Part shown: piece after piece, positions 34,493 through 43,974 of the stretch
Numbering within the stretch: position 1 is the stretch's first letter
Layout: every line of letters begins with the position of its first letter
From: an uncultured Roseivirga sp.
GTDB lineage: Bacteria; Bacteroidota; Bacteroidia; Cytophagales; Cyclobacteriaceae
Length of the DNA stretch: 44,021 nt
NCBI GenBank assembly: GCA_963977345.1
Contig: CAXBPM010000001.1
Span: 1 to 44,021 of the forward strand
Direction of reading: 5' to 3'
Translations under genes and position numbers: made by a program
The notes under the pieces: generated by a model
Told to the model about the DNA's origin: nothing
The model's database searches: none
Seen by the model: only the letters and a program-made list of their open reading frames with translations

Positions 34493-36622
34493 TTAGTAAT
34501 ATTTATATCGTTTGTCCAGAATTTCGGCCTTATCTCTTACTGCTTGGTTCATCTTCAATTGAGCATTGCTTAGTGCTCTTTGCTGAATTTGACCTACATA
34601 GCTAGTATAATCCGTTATGCCAGCTGGCGTATTTTTCGATTTCAATTCCATGATCACAACTCCTACATCAGTAGTAATTGCTTTAGATCTATCTCCTACA
34701 TTTTTGAGTGCGAAGGCTGTTCCTACAGCAGTAGGGGCAACGCCTACATTAGGCAAAGAGTTAGAGTTTAATTTCACTTGAGTATCTGTGTATACTTGTG
34801 CAATGGCATCGAAAGAAGCAGCCATATCAGATAATGAACCTGAAGCAGCTGAAATCTTATCAGTGATGTACTTTGCCTTTTTATCGTTTTCAACTTTAAG
34901 CTTGATCTGGCTTCTTACTCCACTGTCAGTAAGTTTAGCAGTACCTGCCTCTACTTTGGCTCTGTAAACCGCTACAACATACTCTTCAGCAAGGTCGAAG
35001 TCTTTAACGTCTCCTACAGATGCTTCTCCATATAACCAAGTTACAATCTGACGAGCACTTTCTAATCTGCCAATACTTGAGCTATTAGAGTTAATATTGT
35101 TTCCACTGAATACAGAGTATCCTTCTGCAGATGCATTGTTTACAAAATCATCGTAAGAATCTGTATTCAATACAAATTGACCAGCTTTTTGATAAGCTGC
35201 GTCAATTGTTTCGTCCGATGGAGTTAATTCTTTAAGGATAATAGCGACTTTATATCTGTTGTTGCTAGGTGCTCCAGTTACATTCATAATATGGAAACCA
35301 AAATCACTTTCTACAAGGCGGTTAATAACACCTTCACGATTCACAGAGAAAGCAGCTTTTTCGAATGGCTCAGCCCACTGGCCTTGCGAATCTCCACCTT
35401 TTCTATACCAACCTAAATCTCCTCCTGAAGGTCCAGAAGAATCTTCAGAGTTAAGAATGGCCAATTGGGCAAAATCTGCACCGTTTCTGGCTTCACGTAA
35501 AATTCCTTCTGCTTTGGTTTTTACTGCGGCTTTGTCTGCGGCAGACATCCCTTCTGTTCTCAGTAGGATGTGGCTTACTTTTACAAACTCAGCTTCGCTT
35601 TTAACGACATCTGATAACTTGTAAAGCGTGTAAATTCCATTTTGCAAATTTGGGCCAATGATATCGCCTTTCTTGATGTTCGAAAGGTTGTTAACAACTT
35701 CATCAGGAAGTGCTGATGGATCGAATGTTCCAAAACCTATTCCTTGTTCCGTATTTATCACGGCTAAAGTAGAGTCATTGTCTCCAGCTTCAAGCTGAGT
35801 TCTAATGTGATTTAGTTCTTCAGTATAATAAGCGCTATCGGCAGCTGATGGAATAACTGGGAAAGAGATGTAGTCAATTGAACGACTCTCCTCTACAGTG
35901 TATTCATCTTTGTGCTCATTTAAATAAGCTTGCAAGTCGGCATCAGAAACTGCAGAAACCTGATCATCATTTACAGCCAAGAAAGGAATGTAAAGGTAAT
36001 CTAAAGTGACTCCACCTTCTTGTTCCATGTATTCTTGTTGTGCTTCAGCCAAGGTTACATAGTTAGTCTTCAGAATTAGGTTCTGATATTTAGCCATACG
36101 TCTGTTCTCAGCCAAGCTGTTTTCGAACATTTGCCATTGCAGTCTAGACTGAGGGTCTAAATCACTGTTGACCAATACTTGGTTCAAAAACTGACGGTCT
36201 AGTAACCCAGTTTGTGGGTCAGCAAATTGTTGCATTACCTGAGGCGAAACGTTTTTACCCTGAACCATATCGATTCTTTCGTCACCAGACACCGCAATGC
36301 CAGCTTTATCGAAACGTTTGGTATAAGCAATTTGAGCGATTAACTGCTCCCAAGCCTGATTTCTTATGGTTTGCATTAAGAACTCATTCGGGTTAATACC
36401 GTATTGAGCCATGTAGTTTTGTTTGATGCTTTCTACTAGGTTAGCATATTCTTGCTGACTGATGGATTCTCCAGAAATTTCTCCAACTTCTTGTTGATCA
36501 CTACCTAGAATGGACGATCTGCTGCTTAATACATCGGTTAAAACGAAAGCTAAAATCGATGCCCCTACTACGACTACTAAGAGTCGTCCCATCTTTTCAC
36601 GAAGCGTGTTAATTATTGCCAT
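34493..36622 (-). CDS. Membrane-anchored periplasmic chaperone/parvulin PPIase (PpiD-like)
   Basis: N-terminal TM helix; SurA_N-like domain; VSHILL...FAQLA..NSEDSSGPSGGDLGW...FEKAAF...VESDFGFHI. Confidence 0.9.
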   Translation of the reverse strand: MAIINTLREKMGRLLVVVVGASILAFVLTDVLSSRSSILGSDQQEVGEISGESISQQEYANLVESIKQNYMAQYGINPNEFLMQTIRNQAWEQLIAQIAYTKRFDKAGIAVSGDERIDMVQGKNVSPQVMQQFADPQTGLLDRQFLNQVLVNSDLDPQSRLQWQMFENSLAENRRMAKYQNLILKTNYVTLAEAQQEYMEQEGGVTLDYLYIPFLAVNDDQVSAVSDADLQAYLNEHKDEYTVEESRSIDYISFPVIPSAADSAYYTEELNHIRTQLEAGDNDSTLAVINTEQGIGFGTFDPSALPDEVVNNLSNIKKGDIIGPNLQNGIYTLYKLSDVVKSEAEFVKVSHILLRTEGMSAADKAAVKTKAEGILREARNGADFAQLAILNSEDSSGPSGGDLGWYRKGGDSQGQWAEPFEKAAFSVNREGVINRLVESDFGFHIMNVTGAPSNNRYKVAIILKELTPSDETIDAAYQKAGQFVLNTDSYDDFVNNASAEGYSVFSGNNINSNSSSIGRLESARQIVTWLYGEASVGDVKDFDLAEEYVVAVYRAKVEAGTAKLTDSGVRSQIKLKVENDKKAKYITDKISAASGSLSDMAASFDAIAQVYTDTQVKLNSNSLPNVGVAPTAVGTAFALKNVGDRSKAITTDVGVVIMELKSKNTPAGITDYTSYVGQIQQRALSNAQLKMNQAVRDKAEILDKRYKYY

Positions 36623-36647
36623 TTGTACTTATTAATTGAAATAGCCG

Positions 36648-36679
36648 CAAACATAATTGATTTATGACCTATTAGCAAA
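36648..36679 (-). promoter_or_regulatory. Bacteroidota sigma-70 promoter for the PpiD-like gene
   Basis: TTTG (36679-36676), 20-nt spacer, TATGTTTG (36655-36648). Confidence 0.8.
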
Positions 36680-36707
36680 AGAAAATACAGACAAAAAGCC
36701 CTGTTAA

Positions 36708-37988
36708 TCAGTCTTCTCTGTCTGGAAGGATGCTAAGCATAACGGTATCAATCCTAGCATCTTCCATTGCCACTATTTTTATTTTGAACGGTGGAACGGA
36801 AATGGTCTCATTTACTTGAGGAATATTCTCTGTGATTGACAGAATAAAGCCGCCTAGCGTGTCGTAATCGCCCTCCGGAATATTGAAGTGGTACTTCTCG
36901 TTCAAGTAGTCTACTTCATGGCGAGCGCTGAAAAGATAATTATTGTCATCAAGTTTTTGCTCAACCCAATCTTCATCATCATGTTCATCTTGAATCTCAC
37001 CAAAAATCTCTTCGATCACATCTTCTAGACTTACTAAGCCAGAAGTTCCACCAAATTCATCTACTACGAGGGCCAAACTTTTCCTTTCCTGAATAAACTG
37101 GATCATTAACTCATTCACCAACATGGTTTCAGGCACAATGATTATTGGCGTAAGAATACTTTCTATGTCCTGCGGTTTTTTGAACAAGGCCAAGGCATGG
37201 CAATACCCAATTACTTCATCAATATTGTCTCGGTACACCAATACCTTAGAGTGCCCGCTTTCAATGAACTCATTTTTTAGATCTTCTATGGAGTCCTCAA
37301 GCTCAACTGCAGCAATATCAGTTCGAGGAATCATGCATTCCCTTACTTTAACGGTTTTGAACTCAAGGGCATTATTAAAAATTTTGGTGTCCAATTCTAC
37401 TTTGGACTCTTTAATGTCTTTATGGGTATTGCGCTGAATGTAGGAGCGCAGATCTGTGAGCCCGAAAACAGGACGATCTTCTGAAAACTTCTGTCTTAAA
37501 ATATGAACAATGATAAAACGAGACATTTGCTCAATTACCCAAACCAAAGGGAACATGATGATAAAAATGAGCATGATTGGAACGGAAAGAATGCTCAATA
37601 ATCGGTTTGGGTTAATTAGGAAGATACTTTTGGGTGTAAACTCAGCCGTAAATAATACCAAAAGGGTAGATAATACGGTTTGGATCATAAGCACTGCACC
37701 AGGGTTAATTAAATACTCTGGCAGCACATCCATGATTAATGGCTCCAGAATTAGGGCCATGAAATAACCATACATCACCAGCGCTATAGTGTTCCCTACC
37801 AAGGCGGTGTTGATAAGCCTTGAAGGTTTCTGAGTAAAAAATGCAAGAATTCTCCCGCTCAGTGCTCCTTTTTTACTCTGAAGCTCGATTTGAAGCTTGC
37901 TTGAGGTAACAAATGCGATTTCAGTTCCAGAAAAAAATGCTGAAAAAATGAGGGTAATGATGATAACCGTAACCTGGTAATAGTCCAT
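36708..37988 (-). CDS. CNNM/CorC (hemolysin-family, DUF21-CBS-CorC_HlyC) membrane protein
   Basis: SAFFSGTEIAF, AEFTPK, MIPRTDI, VVDEFGGTSGLVSLEDVIEEIFGEIQDEHD and YDTLGG. Confidence 0.94.
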   Translation of the reverse strand: MDYYQVTVIIITLIFSAFFSGTEIAFVTSSKLQIELQSKKGALSGRILAFFTQKPSRLINTALVGNTIALVMYGYFMALILEPLIMDVLPEYLINPGAVLMIQTVLSTLLVLFTAEFTPKSIFLINPNRLLSILSVPIMLIFIIMFPLVWVIEQMSRFIIVHILRQKFSEDRPVFGLTDLRSYIQRNTHKDIKESKVELDTKIFNNALEFKTVKVRECMIPRTDIAAVELEDSIEDLKNEFIESGHSKVLVYRDNIDEVIGYCHALALFKKPQDIESILTPIIIVPETMLVNELMIQFIQERKSLALVVDEFGGTSGLVSLEDVIEEIFGEIQDEHDDEDWVEQKLDDNNYLFSARHEVDYLNEKYHFNIPEGDYDTLGGFILSITENIPQVNETISVPPFKIKIVAMEDARIDTVMLSILPDRED

Positions 37989-38200
37989 TAATGTTTCTTT
38001 TTCCGCTTAGGAGCCGACTTGGCTTGTTCTTCCTTTTCTTTATGCTTTGCTTTCCTATATCTGTATAAAAATAACAGACCTATTGATATCATAAAAATAA
38101 AATAGGCATGCGCAATTCCATAGGTCATAGTTTGGTGTACGCCAATCACAAATGCTACTACGCAAACTGAAAAGATAATGGTATCACTAGTTGTTCTCAT
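37988..38200 (-). CDS. Small two-helix membrane protein
   Basis: Two hydrophobic segments and a basic tail; overlaps both neighbours, suggesting translational coupling. Confidence 0.78.
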   Translation of the reverse strand: MRTTSDTIIFSVCVVAFVIGVHQTMTYGIAHAYFIFMISIGLLFLYRYRKAKHKEKEEQAKSAPKRKKKH

Positions 38201-38735
38201 TTGTCTCTTTAATTTCGAATTCGCTATTGACTGGACTTATTACCGTGAATTCTGAAAAATCTTGAGGAGCTTCTAGGCCGGTTCCCTGAATCAAATCAGT
38301 TTCAGTAGTTACGATAAAAAACTTGTCAGTATAAATTCTTTCTGTGTTTGGGTTCCAGAATAATTCTTCGGTTTTTAAGGTCTGATTTTCTTTTAGGTTT
38401 CGAACCACTACGTCTCCATTGGCTCTGTAAAGCTTTGTTTTAGCATCGTAAAAACCTTCCATTGCTGTAAGTACCGAAGTCGTGTCTCCCATGCTATCAA
38501 AAAAGTCAATCCTGATCGTTTCTGGAAATTCTAAATCTCCATTGGAGAAAGTTAGTTGTTTATTCCCCCCAATTTCCAATTTTCGAATGGAACCTTCGGT
38601 CATAATTATTTTTACATTCTCCGATTCTAGAATAGGGCCGTCATATTCTTCCATTTGAGCCAGTTTTTTTGGCTCAGAAAAACAGCCTGTAAAGGCCAAA
38701 ATGAATAAAAGGGGTATAAATTTTCTCAATTTCAT
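38187..38735 (-). CDS. lptC: LPS export ABC transporter periplasmic protein LptC
   Basis: Lipobox FTG-C; LEFP..I.IDFFD, ANGDVVV, LKTEELFWN, IYTDKF and GTGLEAPQDFS. Confidence 0.88.
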   Translation of the reverse strand: MKLRKFIPLLFILAFTGCFSEPKKLAQMEEYDGPILESENVKIIMTEGSIRKLEIGGNKQLTFSNGDLEFPETIRIDFFDSMGDTTSVLTAMEGFYDAKTKLYRANGDVVVRNLKENQTLKTEELFWNPNTERIYTDKFFIVTTETDLIQGTGLEAPQDFSEFTVISPVNSEFEIKETNENN

Positions 38736-38741
38736 GGTATG

Positions 38742-38771
38742 AAAAACGGTCTTCCCTAAGAGAGAAGACCG
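38742..38771 (-). terminator. Intra-operon terminator-like hairpin between the TPR gene and lptC
   Basis: CGGTCTTC (38747-38754) pairs with GAAGACCG (38764-38771), followed on the minus strand by TTTTT. Confidence 0.7.
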
Positions 38772-38795
38772 CCTTTATTTTTATTTAGGAAACAA

Positions 38796-40121
38796 TTATT
38801 GTTGTTCCGGTCTCTTCTGCAATTTAACGGTTTGCTGTATCCAGCATCCTACTGTTATTGAATCGCCTACTTCTTTTCCCTCGGTAAAAATTTCTCCACC
38901 ACTTGGGAATTGCGCCCTGGCTTGGTTTGCTTTCAATTGATTACCTCCTTTAATGTAATAATCGTGGGCAACAATGTATTTAGCTCTATCATTTACTTGG
39001 CTTTTCTGCTGATCACACTCTGTACTTTGCATCACCATATCGCCAATCAATGTGTACATATCTTCCTTTAAAGTAGGGTCAATTTCTACAGCTGCAATGG
39101 CCAATTTTCTAGCCTCAGCCTTATTCCCTTCAAGGCGTTCCATTAACACAATTTGCTTCATTGCTTTTCCCTTGTCGGTATTATCTTCGGCAATTTCTAT
39201 AGCTTTCTCGTAATAGATTTTGGCATTTACATAGTCTTTTTCCTTAACATACGTTGAACCAAGCATGTTTGCAATACCATATTGAGGTTTTGTCTCTAGC
39301 ACCATTTTAGCCGCATCGATAAACCAATCAGCATCAGTACAACCACCGTTGAAAGCATAAACAAATATTTTGTTTGCTAGCTCTTCATCTTTTGGGTTTG
39401 CCTTGAATTGTGGTACAAGCTTTTGAATGATAAAGTCGCAGTCGATTAGGTTAAGGTCTGCTAATTTTTTATCAACAAACTCTTTCCCAGCATCCATAGC
39501 CTTGGTACTCTTGTTTTGGCTTTTTGCCTTCTTGATCTGATAATCAATATGCTCTGTACATTTGTTGTAGATGTCAAGAATTTGCTCATCAGAAAGTCCA
39601 ATATCACGAGTGTAGCCTAAAACTGCAGTTTGCATATAATAACGGCTCGCTGGGTAGAATGCTTCATTTCCTTCTAACTCATAAGTGAGCTTGAAGAGGT
39701 CAAGCAAATATTGTGTTTTGGTGCCATCCGCGATATAATATCTGTATGCTGAAATGGCCTGACGACCAATGTTTTCCTTTTTTGACTCTGGGTAGGTTTT
39801 AAAACGCATGTCGTATAAAGACATTACCTTATCTGCTGCTTTTGCTTTTTCAGCTTCGGTTTTACCGTTTTCCCAAGATTCATCCCATATCGCGATTCCT
39901 TTAATATAAGTTGATTCACTTAAATCAGGAAAATGCTCCAATATATAATCTAGGTGACCCTTAGCGGCATCATAGTTACCAGATTTTTCGGTATCACTGA
40001 ACAATGTCCATTTAGTCTGGGCATCGCTTCTTTTCTCTGGGTCTTCTGGCCATTTGAATTGAGCCATAGCAGAGTACCCAGAGGTAATGATGATCAAGGT
40101 CAATAAAAATTTAATTCTCAT
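38796..40121 (-). CDS. Exported tetratricopeptide-repeat protein
   Basis: Signal peptide; helical Ala/Tyr repeats; C-terminal AQFPSGGEIF...VGCWIQQTV. Confidence 0.85.
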   Translation of the reverse strand: MRIKFLLTLIIITSGYSAMAQFKWPEDPEKRSDAQTKWTLFSDTEKSGNYDAAKGHLDYILEHFPDLSESTYIKGIAIWDESWENGKTEAEKAKAADKVMSLYDMRFKTYPESKKENIGRQAISAYRYYIADGTKTQYLLDLFKLTYELEGNEAFYPASRYYMQTAVLGYTRDIGLSDEQILDIYNKCTEHIDYQIKKAKSQNKSTKAMDAGKEFVDKKLADLNLIDCDFIIQKLVPQFKANPKDEELANKIFVYAFNGGCTDADWFIDAAKMVLETKPQYGIANMLGSTYVKEKDYVNAKIYYEKAIEIAEDNTDKGKAMKQIVLMERLEGNKAEARKLAIAAVEIDPTLKEDMYTLIGDMVMQSTECDQQKSQVNDRAKYIVAHDYYIKGGNQLKANQARAQFPSGGEIFTEGKEVGDSITVGCWIQQTVKLQKRPEQQ

Positions 40122-40132
40122 AATACTGTAGT

Positions 40133-41410
40133 TTAATTATACTTCTGTCTCGCAAACCATGTCTGGTCTTGCAAGCTAAATCCAATGCTCAACTTGAGGT
40201 AGTTTTCTCTAATTAACCCATCGGTTACATTGCCTCTATTTCCAAAGGTAGCTCCTAAATTTAAATTTGAAACACCATAAATTCCGTTCAGCGGTAGTGA
40301 CGTTCCAATATTTATACCAAAGTCGTTTACTTCTTGTGAATTAATTAAATAAGGAGTCCTTTCATAATGAATTCCGAATCTATAAGTTATTCTTGGGCCA
40401 GCCTTAATATCTTCGTAGTTTGGTAATAATTCTCCACCAACGGCAATTCTAAAGGCATCCCCAAAGTTTGAACTGGTTTGACCAGATTCATCAAGGTATT
40501 GACTCCATGCCTGAGTTTGTATATCTATGCCGAAGGCGAATCTTCGGGATTTTTCATAAGAAATACCAAAGCCTATACGTTGAGGTATGGAGATTTCAGA
40601 GTTGACATTATTTTTTAGTGTATCGCTTGAAAGAACGTTTCCGTTAATATCTTGGCTCTCAAGCCTAGTGAGGTTTCTGCTCCTTACATTTGCTTCTAGG
40701 TTATAGAATGCTCCAAAATTCAGAAATTGTTTTTCTTTAATCTTTAGCTTGTAAGCCAAGCCAATATTGGCTGTCACATCCGAGAAACTTCTTCGTTCAT
40801 TGTAAATAGTACTGCTAAAGGTGATGGCTGGAATACCTGTAAGAAGGTATTCGGTATCTCTTTCGATAGACCCAAATAGATAAGAAGTTTTGAGGCCAAC
40901 GAGAAAATTCCCCAATCTAACCGCGTGGGTCATAAAAGCTTCGTCTATACCGCCATTTCCGTCTAATTGAGACAACAGAGTTGAATTATCTGGGCCAGTG
41001 GAAGTTTGCAGAATACCATAGTTAACGGATGTATATGGGCTAAGACCTATCGCCATGTTCCACTTTCCATATTTTATGGGTAACGAAAACCCAAAATCTT
41101 TGAACCCACCAGTAAACGAGCTGTAACTCTGGTCACCATTGTTATAGGTTCTTGAGTCAAATGATGCTCCAATTTGGAATACGGCATCATAATTAGAAGC
41201 TATCAAGGCAGGGTTAATATTGTTGAGGTTGAGGTTGTTGCTATAACTTATGCCGAACCCTCCCATTCCAGCATTATGGGAATAACCGCCCCAGTTTACA
41301 TCACCTATTCCAAAAGCAGAATAAGAACTTTGAGTATACTGCGCCTTAAGAGTGGTACAGAATAAAAATGCCCCTAAAAGGGCCGAATATTTAATGATAT
41401 TTTTGAGCAT
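40133..41410 (-). CDS. Outer-membrane beta-barrel protein (FadL/TodX-like)
   Basis: Signal peptide; SSYSAFGIGD, AGMGG and NPA N-terminal hatch-type motif; beta-strand body ending WFARQKYN. Confidence 0.8.
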   Translation of the reverse strand: MLKNIIKYSALLGAFLFCTTLKAQYTQSSYSAFGIGDVNWGGYSHNAGMGGFGISYSNNLNLNNINPALIASNYDAVFQIGASFDSRTYNNGDQSYSSFTGGFKDFGFSLPIKYGKWNMAIGLSPYTSVNYGILQTSTGPDNSTLLSQLDGNGGIDEAFMTHAVRLGNFLVGLKTSYLFGSIERDTEYLLTGIPAITFSSTIYNERRSFSDVTANIGLAYKLKIKEKQFLNFGAFYNLEANVRSRNLTRLESQDINGNVLSSDTLKNNVNSEISIPQRIGFGISYEKSRRFAFGIDIQTQAWSQYLDESGQTSSNFGDAFRIAVGGELLPNYEDIKAGPRITYRFGIHYERTPYLINSQEVNDFGINIGTSLPLNGIYGVSNLNLGATFGNRGNVTDGLIRENYLKLSIGFSLQDQTWFARQKYN

Positions 41411-41569
41411 TACTTAACCTAAACACATTCAGTCCAACGAGCACTAATTTGAGGGTTACAAATATGTCAGCTTTTCTTTTAGATTCAAACCTTTATAAAA
41501 AAGGTGTGCCAATAATCCGCTTAAAATCAGACATTTTTAACCAAAATTGTGAGAATAAGCTTCAATCCC
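41391..41569 (-). pseudogene. coaX: Degraded 3' remnant of a type III pantothenate kinase gene (coaX-like)
   Basis: Minus strand reads GIEAYSHNFG*KCLILSG, then after a frameshift FESKRKADIFVTLKLVLVGLNVFRLSNAQKYH* (41489-41391). This resembles the CoaX C-terminus at the position coaX commonly occupies in Bacteroidota. Confidence 0.55.
41459..41489 (-). promoter_or_regulatory. Bacteroidota sigma-70 promoter for the envelope operon
   Basis: TTTG (41489-41486), 19-nt spacer, CATATTTG (41466-41459; one mismatch to TAnnTTTG). Confidence 0.65.
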
Positions 41570-42174
41570 TCGCTGATATAGCCTTACAAATACTTAATCG
41601 TAGCGTAAAGTTTGATTCGGTTTAGTCATAATAGGCCGAAAGCCTAACACCATTACCGTTCCACAATATGGGCTATTAGTCAATTATTTATGACTATAAA
41701 TTTAGTTGATAATAATGAGTATGACAATCGCACTCGATTATTTTTTTGCGAGCCTTTGATTCAAAGTGACGTGAAAGCTGTTTTAAAAAGCATACTTCTT
41801 AACTTTTCATAACTTAAAGAATCTTTATTCCGTAAGGCTAATCCATTGGCATTTGAAGTTAGTAATTATGGGATTGGTTAACTCACTAATTTTGATTTTT
41901 GCCTTTCGAGTAAATATTCTTTGGTCAGTCACTCAATAGTCTAAAATTGACTTTATAAATTGAACAACGATTTTAAAAACTCTGGATCATTTCGATATGG
42001 ATTGGTTTTGAAGATTTTGAAATTAAATGAGAACTTAACATTTCGTTCGATCCACTGAATTTGATTTTTGATTAACATTGGTTTTACCGCTAATGCCTAT
42101 CTTAGCCCAAAATCTGCAAAGCGAATTTGTATTCTCGAATCAGAAGTATACTTTAGCGACACACAGCGACTTTA

Positions 42175-43668
42175 ATGAAAAACAGACTCCTACTAACATT
42201 GTGCATGTTGTTTATGGTTTTTATAGCCAAAGCTGAATATATCAATGGGATTACCCCTGCGACTTCAGTATCGGTTATAACCTCTGAAGAGCTGCCAGTG
42301 GTATCAAATGATGATTCTGCTGCCTCTTCTGATGAAGAAGAACATGTATCTCCAGCAGGCTGGTCAGTAATTCCATTTGCCTTGTTATTGGTAATGATTG
42401 CCACCGGCCCTTTATTTTACGAACACTTTTGGCACAAGAACTACCCAATTATTGCGGTGTCTTTGGCTGGAATTGTGGTGCTATACTATTTGTTTGGAGT
42501 AGGAGATGTCAATCACCCTGTTCATGCTCTAGCGGAGTATGTTCAATTCATCGCTTTATTATCCTCACTTTATATTGCTTCAGGGGGAATAATGATTGAA
42601 GTAGATAAAAAGGCTACGCCAATGACTAATGTGGCTTTACTACTTATTGGCGCTGTTATATCTAACCTTATCGGAACAACGGGTGCTTCAATGCTTTTAA
42701 TCAGACCGTTTGTTAGATTGAATAAAGGTAGAATTCAGCCTTACCACATTATCTTCTTTATTTTTATTGTAAGTAATGTTGGAGGAGCCTTAACTCCAAT
42801 AGGTGATCCGCCACTATTTTTGGGCTTCTTAAAAGGGGTGCCTTTTGCTTGGACCCTTGAGCATAATATTTTCCCATGGATGACTGGCTTAGGGATCTTG
42901 GCTGTAATTTTCTACATTTTTGATAAACGCAATACGGATGAAGATTTAGAAGAAATTTCAACCTTCACTAACAAAACCACCATCCTTGGTTCAAGAAACT
43001 TTATTTGGTTAGCCATTATTATTGCTTCCGTTTTTATTGACCCTAACGTAATTGATGGAGTTCCAGCAATTCACTATCACGGGCAGAAATTCTCGTTCAT
43101 ACGAGAGTTAATTATGTTCTCTGTCGGCTTCTTCTCATATAGGTTTGCTGATAAGCGAGCTATTAAGGGGAATGAATTCAATTTTGAACCCATACGAGAA
43201 GTCGCATTTATCTTCATTGGAATTTTTGGAACCATGATGCCAGCATTAGCGCTGGTAAGTGAGTTTGCACAGTCTGAAACAGGTACTGCTCTTATTACGC
43301 ACAATACCTTGTATTGGGGAACAGGAATTCTCTCAGGCTTCTTAGATAACGCACCTACTTATCTGAACTTCTTGGCTGCTGCCATGGCTTCTCAAGGAGG
43401 AGACATTGCGGTGATCAGTGATGTTCATAACTATGCCGTGGGTGGCTTCTTCGATGACTCCGTATCTAAACTTGTAGCCATATCCCTTGGTGCTGTGTTC
43501 TTCGGAGCCATGACTTACATTGGAAATGGACCAAACTTTATGGTAAAGTCTATCGCTGAGCAAATGGGAATTCACATGCCTTCGTTCTTTGGGTATATAT
43601 TGAGGTACTCCATTCCTATTCTATTACCAGTACTCTTTGTTATTTGGCTAATTTTCTTCGCGTTTTAA
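42175..43668 (+). CDS. Ion-transporter-superfamily membrane protein (putative Na+/H+ antiporter or citrate transporter-like)
   Basis: About 12 hydrophobic helices; IGTTGASMLLIRP, SNVGGALTPIGDPPLFLG, LDNAPTY and TYIGNGPNFMVK. Confidence 0.9.
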   Translation: MKNRLLLTLCMLFMVFIAKAEYINGITPATSVSVITSEELPVVSNDDSAASSDEEEHVSPAGWSVIPFALLLVMIATGPLFYEHFWHKNYPIIAVSLAGIVVLYYLFGVGDVNHPVHALAEYVQFIALLSSLYIASGGIMIEVDKKATPMTNVALLLIGAVISNLIGTTGASMLLIRPFVRLNKGRIQPYHIIFFIFIVSNVGGALTPIGDPPLFLGFLKGVPFAWTLEHNIFPWMTGLGILAVIFYIFDKRNTDEDLEEISTFTNKTTILGSRNFIWLAIIIASVFIDPNVIDGVPAIHYHGQKFSFIRELIMFSVGFFSYRFADKRAIKGNEFNFEPIREVAFIFIGIFGTMMPALALVSEFAQSETGTALITHNTLYWGTGILSGFLDNAPTYLNFLAAAMASQGGDIAVISDVHNYAVGGFFDDSVSKLVAISLGAVFFGAMTYIGNGPNFMVKSIAEQMGIHMPSFFGYILRYSIPILLPVLFVIWLIFFAF

Positions 43669-43752
43669 ATTTTGACTTAAAGACGGAAAGCCTTCGTTTT
43701 TATTGATTTTGTGTAGAAACATTTTGTAACTTCATTTCTCTGAAGTTTTGAA

Positions 43753-43974
43753 ATGGATAGTATTTACCTAGATCTTATTTTAAGCGGCCTCACTTACGTG
43801 ATTCTTACGTACTTGACTTTTCAGCTTATGAAAAGCAGAAAGGTAAAAAAGGATCCAAACGATGATGAAGGTGGAATTATTGATTTTACTCCACCCAATA
43901 TAGACTTACCACCTGGTGTAGTTTGGCCTGATTCCCCTTTGCTGAAAAAGAGAAAGGCTGAAAAAGCGTATTAA
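43753..43974 (+). CDS. Small single-pass membrane hypothetical protein
   Basis: N-terminal hydrophobic helix followed by basic residues, DDEGG and Pro-rich PPNIDLPPGVVWP. Confidence 0.75.
   Translation: MDSIYLDLILSGLTYVILTYLTFQLMKSRKVKKDPNDDEGGIIDFTPPNIDLPPGVVWPDSPLLKKRKAEKAY

Noticed and set aside
36708-37988. Hemolysin/virulence factor
   Set aside because: The architecture is CNNM/CorC, a divalent-cation transport family; 'hemolysin' is a legacy label.
42035-42079. Two TTAACATT copies upstream of the antiporter as a match to the 17.1 kb array
   Set aside because: They are about 37 nt apart, not in 11-bp phase, and expected by chance in AT-rich DNA.
633-43575. Many 60-140 aa ORFs antisense or out of frame to long genes (e.g. 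8890-9306, 17892-18284, 22775-23149, 35259-35624)
   Set aside because: They lie within well-supported genes and have the composition of shadow ORFs, with no recognisable motifs.
43679-43702. Hairpin after the antiporter as a terminator
   Set aside because: The stem depends on several G-U pairs and is too weak to call.
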